Made by a program: the position numbers and the translations under genes. From Candidatus Moraniibacteriota bacterium (GTDB lineage Bacteria; Patescibacteriota; Minisyncoccia; Moranbacterales; UBA1568): a stretch of DNA of 63,178 nucleotides. The notes below the pieces were generated by a model. That model was not told where the DNA came from. It saw nothing but the letters and a program-made list of their open reading frames with translations, and ran no database searches. Below, piece by piece: positions 9,573 through 19,631 of the stretch. Positions within the stretch are counted from its first letter, which is position 1. Each line of letters begins with the position of its first letter. Where the stretch lies: contig JAHFOO010000002.1 in assembly GCA_023261645.1 (NCBI GenBank), positions 1 to 63,178 of the forward strand, written 5' to 3'.

Positions 9573-9776
9573 AGAGCCAGTTCAAAATCTGATGTCGAGA
9601 GAAAGGTTTCTGATTTCGAGACCTGCCTACCGGCAGGCAGGTGCAAATTATGCAGAGTGCGAAGGCCTATCGTGATAAGCCGACAATCGATAAGTAATTT
9701 TCAGCCGAAATCAGAAACTTTTGGCCGACGAGTAGTATTGATTTTAACTTATACGTTCAGATTTTGAATAGGCTCT
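9573..9776. repeat. ~200-nt foldback element with an internal palindromic repeat
   Basis: 9573-9592 pairs with 9757-9776 (12-bp perfect core); 9603-9618 pairs with 9706-9721; ACCTGCCT-ACCGGC-AGGCAGGT at 9621-9642. Confidence 0.8.
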
Positions 9777-9815
9777 AGGGCCGAATATCATCTATTATAG
9801 TGGAAACGGTGACTC

Positions 9816-9844
9816 TTGACAAAAAGCATAAATTTTGCTAGTAT
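9816..9844 (+). promoter_or_regulatory. sigma70-type promoter
   Basis: TTGACA-17 nt-TAGTAT. Confidence 0.65.
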
Positions 9845-9874
9845 GTAACGTTTAAGAACTAATAATATATTTTT

Positions 9875-10831
9875 ATGAATAGTCGCAGATTTTGGCTTTC
9901 GAAAGAGGTTTTTATCGGTTTGGCGGTTGCGTTCATTATCGCAGTACCGGTGCTTGTTTTTGGTAGCACTAAGGTCGTATTTGTCGATAAAGATGCCAAC
10001 GGTTCTCAAGATGGAACTTCCGATCATCCATATCAAAGTATTTCCGAAGCACTCGATCATATCAAAGATGGTACGGAAGTGCATATTGCGAAAGGAACAT
10101 ATAAGGAAAACGTCACTCTTCCAAAAGGTGTGAAACTCATTGGAACGAAAAAAGACAGAGGGGCTGTCGTTATTGAAGCCAAAAACGATAGTCGACCGAC
10201 TATCACTATGAAGCATCAGTCAGAACTCGATCATTTGACCGTCGAAGGTGGTCGTCATGGTGTGCGTATCGTAGAAGATTCTAAAGCGATCATCTATGAT
10301 GTTGTCGTAAAGAACAGCAACCGTGATGGTATTCATATCGATGCTGCTCCGCTCAATAAGAAATATCAGATCTATATCGGAAAGACAGACGTGAAAAACA
10401 ATGACCGCGCAGGTATTTATGCCGAAAAACGAAACATCGTAATCATGGACAGCAACATCATTTCCAATGATAGTGATGGTATAGATTTTGCAGCAGGAAC
10501 CAAAGCGTGGCTTGAAAATGATCGTTTCAATGATAATAAAGGAAGCGGAGCCAAATTCACGCTTGATGGGGCGAATATTTGGAGCAAGAAAAACGGTTTC
10601 CGAAACAACAAGCATGAAGGCGTTGAAGTCAACGCATACGGAGTAGCGGGTATGATCAGTTTCAAGAAAACTACGCTTGTGAATAACGATCAGTATGGTA
10701 TCGCCAAAATTGCACGAACGGTCTCCGGTACCCGTGCTTTCGGAGGAATCGTTCTCGAATCAGGTATGAATGTGAACAATATAAGCAACAATACCTTTGG
10801 AAATATTTCTTCAATTCTTCGAGTATTCTAA
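9875..10831 (+). CDS. membrane-anchored right-handed beta-helix protein (pectate-lyase-like fold)
   Basis: N-terminal TM; DGTSDHPYQSISEAL...GTY motif; repeated N..DGI / NN..GV rungs. Confidence 0.8.
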   Translation: MNSRRFWLSKEVFIGLAVAFIIAVPVLVFGSTKVVFVDKDANGSQDGTSDHPYQSISEALDHIKDGTEVHIAKGTYKENVTLPKGVKLIGTKKDRGAVVIEAKNDSRPTITMKHQSELDHLTVEGGRHGVRIVEDSKAIIYDVVVKNSNRDGIHIDAAPLNKKYQIYIGKTDVKNNDRAGIYAEKRNIVIMDSNIISNDSDGIDFAAGTKAWLENDRFNDNKGSGAKFTLDGANIWSKKNGFRNNKHEGVEVNAYGVAGMISFKKTTLVNNDQYGIAKIARTVSGTRAFGGIVLESGMNVNNISNNTFGNISSILRVF

Positions 10832-10950
10832 TTTCTGTGAATATCTCTCAGAGGAAATTATAGGATTACCCTCGCTTCGTCTGCCGTAATACAAAAAGAA
10901 AGTTCAAGAGAGATCAATCTCCATAATTATTCGAAGCTGTATCACCAGAT

Positions 10951-12120
10951 ATGAAAATCGCTTTCATCGGACAAAAAGGGATCCCGAGTCTTTCCGGCGG
11001 TGTTGAAAAACACGTCGAGAACTTGGCGGTACACATGGTATCACTCGGACACGATGTGACCGTGTATACCAGGCCATCCTATACGGATGAATCCTTGAAA
11101 GAATTCCGGGGTGTGAAACTTGTTTCGCTTCCGAGCATCAGAACGAAGCATCTTGATGCTATCACGCATACATTCGTGGCGACGCTTCATGCGTTGTTTC
11201 AGAATTACGATGTGCTACATTATCACTCCATCGGACCGAGTGTGTTGTCATTTATTCCGATTATCTTTCGTCCGAGTATGCGGGTAGTGGCGACATTCCA
11301 TAGCCGTGACTATATGCATCAGAAGTGGGGGAGTGTGGCACGATTTTGCCTCCAGATCGCTGAAAAAATTATTTGCACCATTCCGGAAAAAACAATCGTC
11401 ATCAGTGAAACATTGAAGCAATATGCAGAAAAGAAATATCATCGTTCATTCACATTGGTTCCCAATGGTGCCGATGTCAGGCTCGAATCTGATACGGAAT
11501 TGCTGAATGCCTGGGGACTCCGTCCCAAGCGTTATATTTTGTCAGTCAGTCGTTTGGTGGCTCACAAAGGTATTCATTATCTTATCAAGGCATTCAATGA
11601 ACTGGAAGACACAAATAAGATTCCGAATAATTTCAAATTGGTCATCGTCGGCTCATCCGCGTATACGGAGGAATATGAAAAATTTCTGAAAGTGCTCGCC
11701 AGTGGACGGAGTAATATCATCTTTACGGGTGAACAGACAGAAAAGGCACTTGAAGAATTGTTTTCACACGCATATCTTTTCGTGCAACCATCAGAAGACG
11801 AAGGATTGTCCTTGGCTCTTCTTGAAGCGATGGGACACGGCCTCCTGCCACTTGTCAGTGATATCCCCGCCAATCGTGAGGCTATCGCTCATACGGGAGT
11901 ATTCTTTCTCAACAAAGATGTGAATAGTCTGAAGAAAGAACTTGCTTATTTCATCAATCGTCCCGATGAGGTGACAGCGTTCGGGAAGATGGCTAGAGAA
12001 CGCATACACACACATTATAGCTGGGAAGCCATAGCGCAGAAGACACTTGAAGTATATGAGGACTCCTTACATAAATATAGTAATACGAAAGAACACTATG
12101 CTCCGTATCATACGAAATAA
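10951..12120 (+). CDS. glycosyltransferase family 4
   Basis: GGVEKHV, SVSRLVAHKG, PSEDEGLSLALLEAMGHG. Confidence 0.9.
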   Translation: MKIAFIGQKGIPSLSGGVEKHVENLAVHMVSLGHDVTVYTRPSYTDESLKEFRGVKLVSLPSIRTKHLDAITHTFVATLHALFQNYDVLHYHSIGPSVLSFIPIIFRPSMRVVATFHSRDYMHQKWGSVARFCLQIAEKIICTIPEKTIVISETLKQYAEKKYHRSFTLVPNGADVRLESDTELLNAWGLRPKRYILSVSRLVAHKGIHYLIKAFNELEDTNKIPNNFKLVIVGSSAYTEEYEKFLKVLASGRSNIIFTGEQTEKALEELFSHAYLFVQPSEDEGLSLALLEAMGHGLLPLVSDIPANREAIAHTGVFFLNKDVNSLKKELAYFINRPDEVTAFGKMARERIHTHYSWEAIAQKTLEVYEDSLHKYSNTKEHYAPYHTK

Positions 12121-13186
12121 ATTGGCGACATCCTCTCTCGGTCGTGCCTTTGTTGTAACATTTTTTTTCGTTACACTGGCAGCGGGTCTTTTTTGGCTCG
12201 ATTTTTTCCGGAGTTACAGTGCAGAAGTGACTGTCCTTATCGTTCCGAAATCCGGTACGACACAGACGTTCGAAGGTGTGGCGGACAATATGGCAGAGCT
12301 GACAGGCACACTTTCATTTTATGATCGAGTACTCGCGGGGAATGATTTGATAGACGATGATTTCGCTTCATATGCTCCGGATAAACGTAAGGAGCAATGG
12401 AACAATATTGTTTCAGTAACAAAACAAAACAAGAGCGGAGTTCTCGTCATTCGAGCGATCGGAGATACGCAGGAGCGGGCGAAATGGCTGGCTTCACAAA
12501 CAGCACAGACGATGTTTTCAGTCGCTGGTTTGTACTACAATGTGAAAACGGATATTGATATGCGCATCGTCGATGGCCCTCTTGTTTCTTATACCGTTGA
12601 GAGACCGTTCTTTTATGCAGGAGTCAGTCTTCTAACAAGTTTTTCCTTGACAGCTCTTTTTTTCTTCCTTTTGCGTGCAGTACCCGAATTGATCTGGAAA
12701 AAGAAAAAAGACATACCTTTTCCAGATACGTATCCTGCACCGGTGCAGTCAGGTTTCGATGAAACTCTTATGAGGCGTGCCTATCCGGAATTCGGCGTGG
12801 GAGAGTCCGTTCCTTGGATTGATCCGAAAAAGTTCATTCCCGAAAAACCACACGTACTTTCATTTGAGAATCAGTCTCAGGAGGGGGCGGATGCTTCTTC
12901 AGTGTACGGATCTCGCACCGTGAAGCATGCGGAAGCTCCGGTCAATCTGCCGACGGCGTATGATGAGATGGATCTTCCTGTGGCTGACGAAGCATCTCTT
13001 CCGTTTGAATTCGAGATACCATCGGACGAAACGAACGCTCCGGAACTGCGGGAAGAAACAATAATGATGACTCCGCAAGAAGAGTTGGTGGCATCTCTTT
13101 CGTCTCCAGAACCTGTGCGAGGCGAACCGACACAGGAAGAATACAGACGACGCTTGAATGTATTACTCGCCCATAAAGGAAAATAA
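12098..13186 (+). CDS. two-TM protein resembling a polysaccharide chain-length determinant, with an acidic Pro-rich tail
   Basis: TM-periplasmic domain-TM layout (YSAEVTVLIV; IDMRIVDGP); located in the glycan cluster. Confidence 0.6.
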   Translation: MLRIIRNKLATSSLGRAFVVTFFFVTLAAGLFWLDFFRSYSAEVTVLIVPKSGTTQTFEGVADNMAELTGTLSFYDRVLAGNDLIDDDFASYAPDKRKEQWNNIVSVTKQNKSGVLVIRAIGDTQERAKWLASQTAQTMFSVAGLYYNVKTDIDMRIVDGPLVSYTVERPFFYAGVSLLTSFSLTALFFFLLRAVPELIWKKKKDIPFPDTYPAPVQSGFDETLMRRAYPEFGVGESVPWIDPKKFIPEKPHVLSFENQSQEGADASSVYGSRTVKHAEAPVNLPTAYDEMDLPVADEASLPFEFEIPSDETNAPELREETIMMTPQEELVASLSSPEPVRGEPTQEEYRRRLNVLLAHKGK

Positions 13187-14562
13187 TGAAAAAATATTCT
13201 ACTCAATTTTGGACAGTTTTTATCATCGGATCGATCATCTTTCTGTCCGGCTGGTTTGCGTATTGGGAAGTGAAAAATCAGGGATTCGAGAGTCTGCAAC
13301 GCCTTCTCGGTTTGGTGCCTCTTCCACAAGAAACGAAAACTGATCTGGAGACGGTGATGTATTTGGCCGATGCAGTACTCCATACCGACGGGAAAGAGAA
13401 GGTATTTTTGATTCTTTTTCAAAATAATTTGGAGTTGCGTCCGGGAGGTGGGTTCATTGGATCATTTGGTATTTTGAAAGTTCGTGATGGTTCCGTCGTC
13501 GATTTTTCCGTACACGATACCGGGAATTTCGACGGACGTATCCCGAGCACGGTCGCTCCTCCGTATCCGATGCAAGAAACGCTTCATATCGATTCGTGGA
13601 AATTGCGTGATTCGAACTATGCCCCTGATTTTTCTGAGAATGCCAAATGGGCGGAAACGTTCTATCAAATGGGACAGGGACAAGAAAAATTTGATGGTGT
13701 TGTCGCGGTGACGACCAATGTACTGACATCGTTTCTTCATGTGACAGGACCGGTAACTATCGATGGTTACCCCGGTACTTACGGTGAAGAGAACGCCATT
13801 TTGGATCTCGAATATCAGGTAGAACAGGGATATCTCAAGCAGAATATCGATTTTGGCGAACGGAAATCGGTTATGACCGTACTCGGATTCGGAATCCTTC
13901 ACCAAGTGAAAGGATTATCGCTCACAAAAAAATACGAATTGTTCAAAGTAGTGCTAGATGATCTGCATAAGAAAGATATCCAATTACAGTTTCAGGACGA
14001 GATACTTCAGAAGCAGGTTTCTGCTTCAGGCTTTGACGGTCGTATGGATGACAGCTGGAAGAGCGATTATCTGTTCCTTACGGATGCTAATCTCGGTTCT
14101 TTCAAGACCGACTACTTTATGAAGCGTTCCTATGCCTATACCATCGATCTCTCCTCGACTGAGGCGCCCAAGGCGACGCTCGCAGTGACATACAAGAATA
14201 CGACTCCGGTACAGGATTGGTTCGCGAAGGATTATCAGACGTTTCTTCGTGTGTATGTTCCGCAAGGAAGTTATCTGACTACGGTAACGGGGGCGGCCAA
14301 GGATCCTGTGTATGGGACATTCCTGAATAAGAAATATTTCGGGGCACTTGTTCACGTACCGATTTTGACGGAAAAAACAGTCGTCTTCGAATATACGTTA
14401 CCGCAGGATTTGAAACGTGAGTGGTATGATTTGAAAATACAAAAACAGCCGGGATTGAATGACGTTCCTGTCACAGTCACGATTATCATGAAAGATGGAT
14501 CCAGAGAAGAGAAACAGTTTGTACTCAACAGGGATACCGTGTTGAGTGAGATCAAAAATTAG
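13186..14562 (+). CDS. DUF4012-like membrane-anchored protein
   Basis: LILFQNNLELRPGGGFIGSFG, LRDSNYAPDF, FDGVVAV motifs typical of this family. Confidence 0.8.
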   Translation: MKKYSTQFWTVFIIGSIIFLSGWFAYWEVKNQGFESLQRLLGLVPLPQETKTDLETVMYLADAVLHTDGKEKVFLILFQNNLELRPGGGFIGSFGILKVRDGSVVDFSVHDTGNFDGRIPSTVAPPYPMQETLHIDSWKLRDSNYAPDFSENAKWAETFYQMGQGQEKFDGVVAVTTNVLTSFLHVTGPVTIDGYPGTYGEENAILDLEYQVEQGYLKQNIDFGERKSVMTVLGFGILHQVKGLSLTKKYELFKVVLDDLHKKDIQLQFQDEILQKQVSASGFDGRMDDSWKSDYLFLTDANLGSFKTDYFMKRSYAYTIDLSSTEAPKATLAVTYKNTTPVQDWFAKDYQTFLRVYVPQGSYLTTVTGAAKDPVYGTFLNKKYFGALVHVPILTEKTVVFEYTLPQDLKREWYDLKIQKQPGLNDVPVTVTIIMKDGSREEKQFVLNRDTVLSEIKN

Positions 14563-14664
14563 CAAAGTTGTTTTTTGCATGTGCACTGTCTGTAAGAATG
14601 CCCGATGTGGGTATTTTTGCTTTTGATAAGAGTTTTTGTGGTACAATAAAGTAAAAGTGTCTGT

Positions 14665-14842
14665 TGTTCCTGAAAATTATCTTTTCTCTCCCTTCTTTCT
14701 CCGTCGAACTTTTCCGACTCAGTCGTCGATAAACGTCACTGTCCTGTCGAGACCATCCGTCACGCTCCGTTTCTAATGACACTTTCATCGCAAAAGTTAC
14801 CGACAGAGAAATAGGAGCAAGAAAAAATAATTTTCAGAAACA
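14665..14842. repeat. ~180-nt foldback (rod) element
   Basis: Terminal 23-nt inverted repeat (21/23) plus nested stems CTCC/GGAG, TTTCTC/GAGAAA, GTCG/CGAC, AACTTTT/AAAAGTT, AAACG/CGTTT. Confidence 0.8.
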
Positions 14843-14877
14843 TCTACTTTTTGTCATAATCTGTGTTCTGAACAAAA

Positions 14878-15573
14878 ATGCATTTCGATATCATCTCACT
14901 TTTTCCGGAAAGCTTCACATCCTATTTTGGTGTGTCTATTCTGAAACGTGCACAGGAGGACGGTTTGATCACTGTTTCCACGCACAATCTGCGTGATTTC
15001 GCTCACGATAAACATAAAACAGTCGATGACACGCCGTATGGCGGTGGAGCGGGGATGCTTCTTAAAGTAGAACCATTGGCGGAGGCTATTGAATCAGTTG
15101 ATAATCGACAGCCGACAGATAGCGAAAAATTAAAGACAAGAATAATCTTGTTCTCAGCAAAGGGGAAAGTCTTTACACAATCAGATGCACGGCGATTGAT
15201 TTCATACGACCGGTTGGTTTTGGTTTGCGGACGCTACGAAGGTGTCGATGAGCGTGTGACGGAGTATTTCATCGATGAGGAATTTTCCATTGGTGAGTAC
15301 GTTCTGACAGGAGGAGAATTGCCGGCGATGATTGTTGTTGATGCGGTGGCACGGCTCATCTCGGGCGTGCTTGGCAATAGAGAGAGTACGGAAGAGGAAT
15401 CACACACCGAAGAGGGTATCGTGGAATATCCACAATATACAAAACCGGAAGACTTTCGCGGATACCGGGTGCCGGAAGTGCTTCTCTCCGGACACCATGG
15501 CAATATCCTGAAATGGCGGAAAGAAGAATCAAAGAAAGAAACAGCGAAGCATACGAGGAAATCTCTTCAATAA
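14878..15573 (+). CDS. trmD: tRNA (guanine37-N1)-methyltransferase
   Basis: VDDTPYGGGAGM, LVCGRYEGVDER, SIGEYVLTGGELPA, EYPQYTKP. Confidence 0.97.
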   Translation: MHFDIISLFPESFTSYFGVSILKRAQEDGLITVSTHNLRDFAHDKHKTVDDTPYGGGAGMLLKVEPLAEAIESVDNRQPTDSEKLKTRIILFSAKGKVFTQSDARRLISYDRLVLVCGRYEGVDERVTEYFIDEEFSIGEYVLTGGELPAMIVVDAVARLISGVLGNRESTEEESHTEEGIVEYPQYTKPEDFRGYRVPEVLLSGHHGNILKWRKEESKKETAKHTRKSLQ

Positions 15574-15582
15574 AACATTCGT

Positions 15583-16698
15583 ATGAACAATCGGAGCAAT
15601 ACCATCGATCGATCTTTTCTCGTCGCTATACTGATTCTTCTTTGTATCGGGCTTCTGATGATTGCAAGTGCGGGAGTACTCTATGGTCGGACTCGTTTTG
15701 GTGATGCCTACTATTTCTTCAAACAGCAACTCGTAGGATTGAGTGTCGGACTCGTGTTGCTGTATGTTTTCTCGCGTATCGACTATCGGGTATGGAGGCG
15801 GTTTGTCACCCCGATATTTTTTGTGGCACTCGGATTGCTTGTTTTGGTATTTGTTCCTGGCTTTGGCACGACAGTATATGGGGCGGCACGCTGGGTACAG
15901 ATCGGACCTTTTTCTTTTCAGCCATCCGAGGTGATGAAGCTCGCCATCATTCTTTATTTGGCTGCATGGCTCTCGAATAAGGAAAAGAGAAAGACAGCAG
16001 ATTTTTTTGAAGGGTTTGTTCCTTTTCTTGCAATTCTTTCAATTGTCGGATTTCTTATCATCAAACAACCGGATACGGGAACTTTGGGACTCATATTCCT
16101 TGTTTCTCTCTCTATTTTTTTCGCATCAGGAGCCAACATAAAACATATGTTGTATCTTTTTCTTGCCGGGCTTTCGTTCCTCTTTATTCTTATCAAAATG
16201 GCTCCATATCGGATGCAACGCTTTTTGGTATATATGAACCCAGGACATGACCCACAAGGACTCGGCTATCAGATGACGCAGGCATTGCTTGCTATCGGAT
16301 CCGGCGGAATCTTCGGTGCAGGTTTGGGACAGAGCCGACAGAAATTCAATTATCTTCCTGAACCGGTGACGGATTCTATCTTTGCCGTTCTCGGTGAAGA
16401 GCTTGGCCTTATAGGCACGATAGTCATCGTCGTACTGTTTCTTTTTGTGGCATACAGAGGGATGCGTATTGCACGTTTCGCATCGGATGAATTCGGTAGG
16501 CTTGTGGCGGTCGGTATCGTATCATGGATCGTTTTTCAAGCATTCATCAATATGTCAGCCATCAGCGGACTCATCCCTTTGACGGGCATTCCTCTGCCGT
16601 TTATCAGCTATGGAGGCACATCGCTCGCAGTACTGCTCGCATCGATTGGAATCTTGCTTAATATAAGCAAATATTCTACACTGAGAGGAGAAAAGTGA
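15583..16698 (+). CDS. ftsW: SEDS peptidoglycan polymerase
   Basis: GAARW, FQPSEVMK, QPDTG, YLPEPVTDSIF, TGIPLPFISYGG. Confidence 0.93.
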   Translation: MNNRSNTIDRSFLVAILILLCIGLLMIASAGVLYGRTRFGDAYYFFKQQLVGLSVGLVLLYVFSRIDYRVWRRFVTPIFFVALGLLVLVFVPGFGTTVYGAARWVQIGPFSFQPSEVMKLAIILYLAAWLSNKEKRKTADFFEGFVPFLAILSIVGFLIIKQPDTGTLGLIFLVSLSIFFASGANIKHMLYLFLAGLSFLFILIKMAPYRMQRFLVYMNPGHDPQGLGYQMTQALLAIGSGGIFGAGLGQSRQKFNYLPEPVTDSIFAVLGEELGLIGTIVIVVLFLFVAYRGMRIARFASDEFGRLVAVGIVSWIVFQAFINMSAISGLIPLTGIPLPFISYGGTSLAVLLASIGILLNISKYSTLRGEK

Positions 16699-16813
16699 TA
16701 AGTGATGCAGGAAGAGATGAAAAGAAAAGTCATCCTGTTTCCATTATTTCGTATCTTTTATCTCTTCCCTCATACCTCTCATTGATTATTTTTTATCGTA
16801 TATCATTTCTCCT

Positions 16814-17962
16814 ATGTCTGACATTACTCGTATAGTATTCACCGGAGGTATTTCAGGAGGGCACACCTTCCCTCTTGTGGCAGTCGCTCGTGCGCTGCGT
16901 AAAAAATTCTCTCTGGCTTCATCTGTCGGTGGGAGAGAGACAGAATTCCTCTTCATCGGTTCACAGGGAAGTTTCGAGAATGATGCGATGGTGCAGGAAA
17001 ATATTCCGACAAAATATGTTCTGACGGGGAAATGGCGACGTTATTTTTCATTATGGAATATTGTCGATCCATTCAAGATACCGATCGGTTTCATCCAAGC
17101 ATTGTGGTATCTCCTCATTTTTATGCCGGACGCCGTATTTTCGAAAGGAGGATCAGCATCGGTCCCGGTCGTTCTTGCAGCCTGGGTATATCGTATTCCG
17201 GTACTTATTCACGATTCAGATGCGGTGGCTGGGCGTGCCAATCGGTTCCTCGCACGTTTTGTATCACGTATCGCCATCGCATATCCGGGCGCCCATAATT
17301 TTTTTCCGATAGAGAAAACGATCCTCACCGGTAATCCGATCCGCGAGGAACTCCTTCTCGGTGAGAGCGACCGATTTGTGAAACAGTTCGGACTCTCTCT
17401 CGAAAAGCCGATCCTTCTTGTGTTGGGTGGCAGTCAGGGAGCTCAGACTCTGAATGTAGCTGTTCTTCGCATCCTTCCGCAACTGCTTGAAAAAAATATC
17501 CAGGTAGTGCATCAGACCGGTAACAAGAACTATGAAAATGTCGTTTCATCAGTGGAAGCATACGGTTTGAAAATCGGTGAAAGCGGTTATGTGCCGAAAG
17601 CGTTTCTTTCCGTTCTTGAATTGGCGGATGTACTCAAGGTAGCGACGCTGGTTCTCTCCCGTGCAGGCGCAGGCTCGATAGCGGAATTGGCTGCCCTGAA
17701 AAAAGCCTCAATTCTTGTTCCTCTTCTTGGTGCGGCGAATGATGAACAGAGGATGAATGCCTATGATGTAGCCGCTCTCGGTGGGGCGCTCGTTTTGGAA
17801 GATACGAATTTGGGCGAACATATTTTATTGGAAAAAATACAAGAACTTCTCTCTCAGCCGGAATTGATGCGATCTATGGGGGAAAAACTTTTTCCTTTCT
17901 ATCACCCTGATGCGGCAGATGCCATAGCCTCAGGTCTGTACGATCTCATCGAGAACAAGTAA
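16814..17962 (+). CDS. murG: undecaprenyldiphospho-muramoylpentapeptide GlcNAc transferase
   Basis: TGGISGGH, TGNPIR, GGSQGA, SRAGAGS. Confidence 0.95.
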   Translation: MSDITRIVFTGGISGGHTFPLVAVARALRKKFSLASSVGGRETEFLFIGSQGSFENDAMVQENIPTKYVLTGKWRRYFSLWNIVDPFKIPIGFIQALWYLLIFMPDAVFSKGGSASVPVVLAAWVYRIPVLIHDSDAVAGRANRFLARFVSRIAIAYPGAHNFFPIEKTILTGNPIREELLLGESDRFVKQFGLSLEKPILLVLGGSQGAQTLNVAVLRILPQLLEKNIQVVHQTGNKNYENVVSSVEAYGLKIGESGYVPKAFLSVLELADVLKVATLVLSRAGAGSIAELAALKKASILVPLLGAANDEQRMNAYDVAALGGALVLEDTNLGEHILLEKIQELLSQPELMRSMGEKLFPFYHPDAADAIASGLYDLIENK

Positions 17963-18056
17963 CCGCCGACAGAGTTGATAGTTCACGATAAAAAATAGAC
18001 AAAACACAATTCTCTCTTTTTGTATCGACTGTTTATCGCTTATTGTTTATTGACGT

Positions 18057-19484
18057 ATGTCTGAATCACGTTTGTCTCATTTCAAAAGCGTTCATATGAT
18101 CGGTATCAAAGGTGCCGGGATGACGGCTCTCGCCGAGCTTTTGACCAAACAAGGGATAGTAGTGACAGGATCTGATACTGAAGAAATTTTCTTTACGGAC
18201 AGTATTTTAAAGAAACTCAATATCAGATATCAGGAGGGTTTCGATGCCAAGAACATTCCAAACGGAGTGCAGGCGATTATTTATTCAACTGCCTATTCGA
18301 AAGAGAAAAATCCTGAATTAGCTGCAGCCTGCATACTCGATATCCCCGTACTCAGTTATCCGCAAGCGCTCGGGATGTTCACTCGTGAAAAACTGACACT
18401 TGCTGTGTGCGGTACGCATGGTAAAACGACCACGAGTGCGCTACTGGCAGAAACGCTCAAGTCAACAGGCATCGACCCGTCTGCCATTGTCGGGAGTCGT
18501 ATTATGAACTGGGAAGGAAATGCGTTGTTCGGTAGTGGAGGGTATTTCGTTCTTGAAGCGGATGAATATCAGAATAAACTTGCGGAGTATGAACCATTTT
18601 GTGTCATTTTGACGAGCGTTGATTTCGATCATCCCGACTTTTTCTCTGATAGAGAGAGTTATGAACAGGTGTTCAGAGATTTCGTTTCACGTATTCCGAA
18701 GCATGGGGTGCTTGTCTACTGGAATGATCAATCATCTGTCGTGAAAATAGCCGAATCGGCGACGTGTCAAAAAATTTCCTATGGTTTTCTTCCGGGAGCG
18801 GATTTTCAGATAAACGAGTATGTCCCTGCGGAGATGGGATTCGTTTTTGATGCGAACGCTCCCAAGCAGACTTTTCAGGTATCACGGAGTAAGCAATCAC
18901 TTGGGACATTCCAACTGAAACTTGCAGGTACTCACAATACGCAGAATGCGACAGCGGTGCTTGCGCTGTGTGTTCATTTGAAGCAGGATATCGAACGGAT
19001 CCGCAAAGCATTTGAGAAATTTTCTGGTACCGAACGACGATTCGAATATATCGGTGAGCGGTATGGCGCGCTCATCTATGATGATTATGCTCACCATCCG
19101 GAAGAAATACGAGCGACGCTGAAAGCCTTTCGAGAACTCTATCCGAAACGACGTCTGCGTGTCATCTTTCACCCACATACGTTCAGCCGAACGAAGGCTT
19201 TCCTGACAGAATTCGCACAAAGTTTTGATGTGGCAGATGAAGTGTCCGTACTCGATATCTATGGAAGTGCACGAGAGATACAAGGAGGAGTATCTTCCCT
19301 CGATCTCGTCAATCTCATCAATCGATTCATACCGGACAAGGCCTCTTACGTACCGTCAGAAAAAGATCTCGTTGCTCATTTCGAGGAGACAATGGGACGA
19401 CAAGATGTTATCATAACACTGGGCGCCGGTAATGTATGGGAAATCTCTCATCATCTGGCGAAGAAGACCGAAAAAAGCGTATAA
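18057..19484 (+). CDS. murC: UDP-N-acetylmuramate--L-alanine ligase
   Basis: GIKGAGM, GTHGKTTT, EADEY, DDYAHHP, FHPHTFSRT. Confidence 0.93.
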   Translation: MSESRLSHFKSVHMIGIKGAGMTALAELLTKQGIVVTGSDTEEIFFTDSILKKLNIRYQEGFDAKNIPNGVQAIIYSTAYSKEKNPELAAACILDIPVLSYPQALGMFTREKLTLAVCGTHGKTTTSALLAETLKSTGIDPSAIVGSRIMNWEGNALFGSGGYFVLEADEYQNKLAEYEPFCVILTSVDFDHPDFFSDRESYEQVFRDFVSRIPKHGVLVYWNDQSSVVKIAESATCQKISYGFLPGADFQINEYVPAEMGFVFDANAPKQTFQVSRSKQSLGTFQLKLAGTHNTQNATAVLALCVHLKQDIERIRKAFEKFSGTERRFEYIGERYGALIYDDYAHHPEEIRATLKAFRELYPKRRLRVIFHPHTFSRTKAFLTEFAQSFDVADEVSVLDIYGSAREIQGGVSSLDLVNLINRFIPDKASYVPSEKDLVAHFEETMGRQDVIITLGAGNVWEISHHLAKKTEKSV

Positions 19485-19511
19485 CGGGCATTATCCGATT
19501 TTATCGGCACT

Positions 19512-19610
19512 CCCTCCAGAGGCGGGCAGTCGCTCGGAAACGAAAGCCTGCCTGCTTTCGGCACAGCATACTTCCGTTTCGCTCATTTCCCTGTCTGCCG
19601 ACAGGCAGGG
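19512..19610. repeat. cluster of short palindromic (REP-like) units in the murC-murB spacer
   Basis: CCCTCCAGAGGCGGGCAG (19512-19529) and CCCTGTCT-GCCGAC-AGGCAGGG (19589-19610). Confidence 0.75.
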
Positions 19611-19631
19611 TTTGGTAATAAAAACAAAAAT

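Noticed and set aside
14552-14788. 78-aa minus-strand ORF in the DUF4012-trmD spacer
   Set aside because: It overlaps the foldback element and has no initiation context; the structure explains the region better.
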